From contig OZ024748.1 of assembly GCA_964016885.1 (NCBI GenBank), positions 30,380,001 through 30,444,000 on the forward strand: a DNA stretch of 64,000 nt, given 5' to 3'. The notes beneath the pieces are model-generated. The model had not been told where the DNA came from. It ran no database searches and saw nothing but the letters and a program-made list of their open reading frames with translations. The position numbers and the translations under genes are program-made. The stretch's first letter is position 1; each line of letters begins with the position of its first letter. The DNA is from Eledone cirrhosa. Lineage: Eukaryota. This document shows, one piece after another, positions 63,787 to 64,000 of this stretch.

Positions 63787-64000
63787 GTGAGTGAATTATT
63801 TTTTTTTAACTTACAATTTCGACTAATATGTTGGGGTGATTACAGAAGAATTTATTAAAGCAGTGGTACCCAGGAAAACTATGTACAATCACTGATTTGT
63901 AAAGCTTGATCAAATTCCAAACACTTAAATGGAACACGAGTTAGTCCATAGCAATGAATTGGTGGAATTATTTGAGTGTTAGACAGAATGCTGTGCAGTA

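Overview
AT-rich, repeat-dense eukaryotic DNA, most likely an octopod cephalopod (inferred from the KRAB-less tandem C2H2 gene style and the tRNA-SINE/RTE repeat families). Four + strand genes can be built by eye. (1) A single-coding-exon C2H2 zinc-finger gene (3173-4363). (2) A 4-exon BTBD1/BTBD2-like BTB-BACK-PHR gene (13947-25639, ~703 aa). (3) A 4-exon melatonin-receptor-like class A GPCR (42773-47393, ~335 aa). (4) The 5' part of a probable ZC3H3-like gene (54897 to beyond the window end). The rest is decayed mobile DNA: RTE, CR1, R4 and CRE LINEs, Penelope-like GIY-YIG fragments, a rearranged Gypsy element, Helitron, Tigger, hAT and TTAA-type MITEs, many tRNA-SINEs, and mini/microsatellites. 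The main unexplained structures are a mirror-image pair of type I hammerhead-ribozyme motifs forming a hairpin in an intron (56484-56714), a 770-bp foldback element with an 8-bp TSD (463-1232), a loopless palindrome (28329-28500), a Gypsy LTR with an unusually long tRNA-Trp primer site flanked by a 171-bp duplication, and an RTE module shared by 5' and 3' UTRs. All calls are by eye, and repeat boundaries are approximate.
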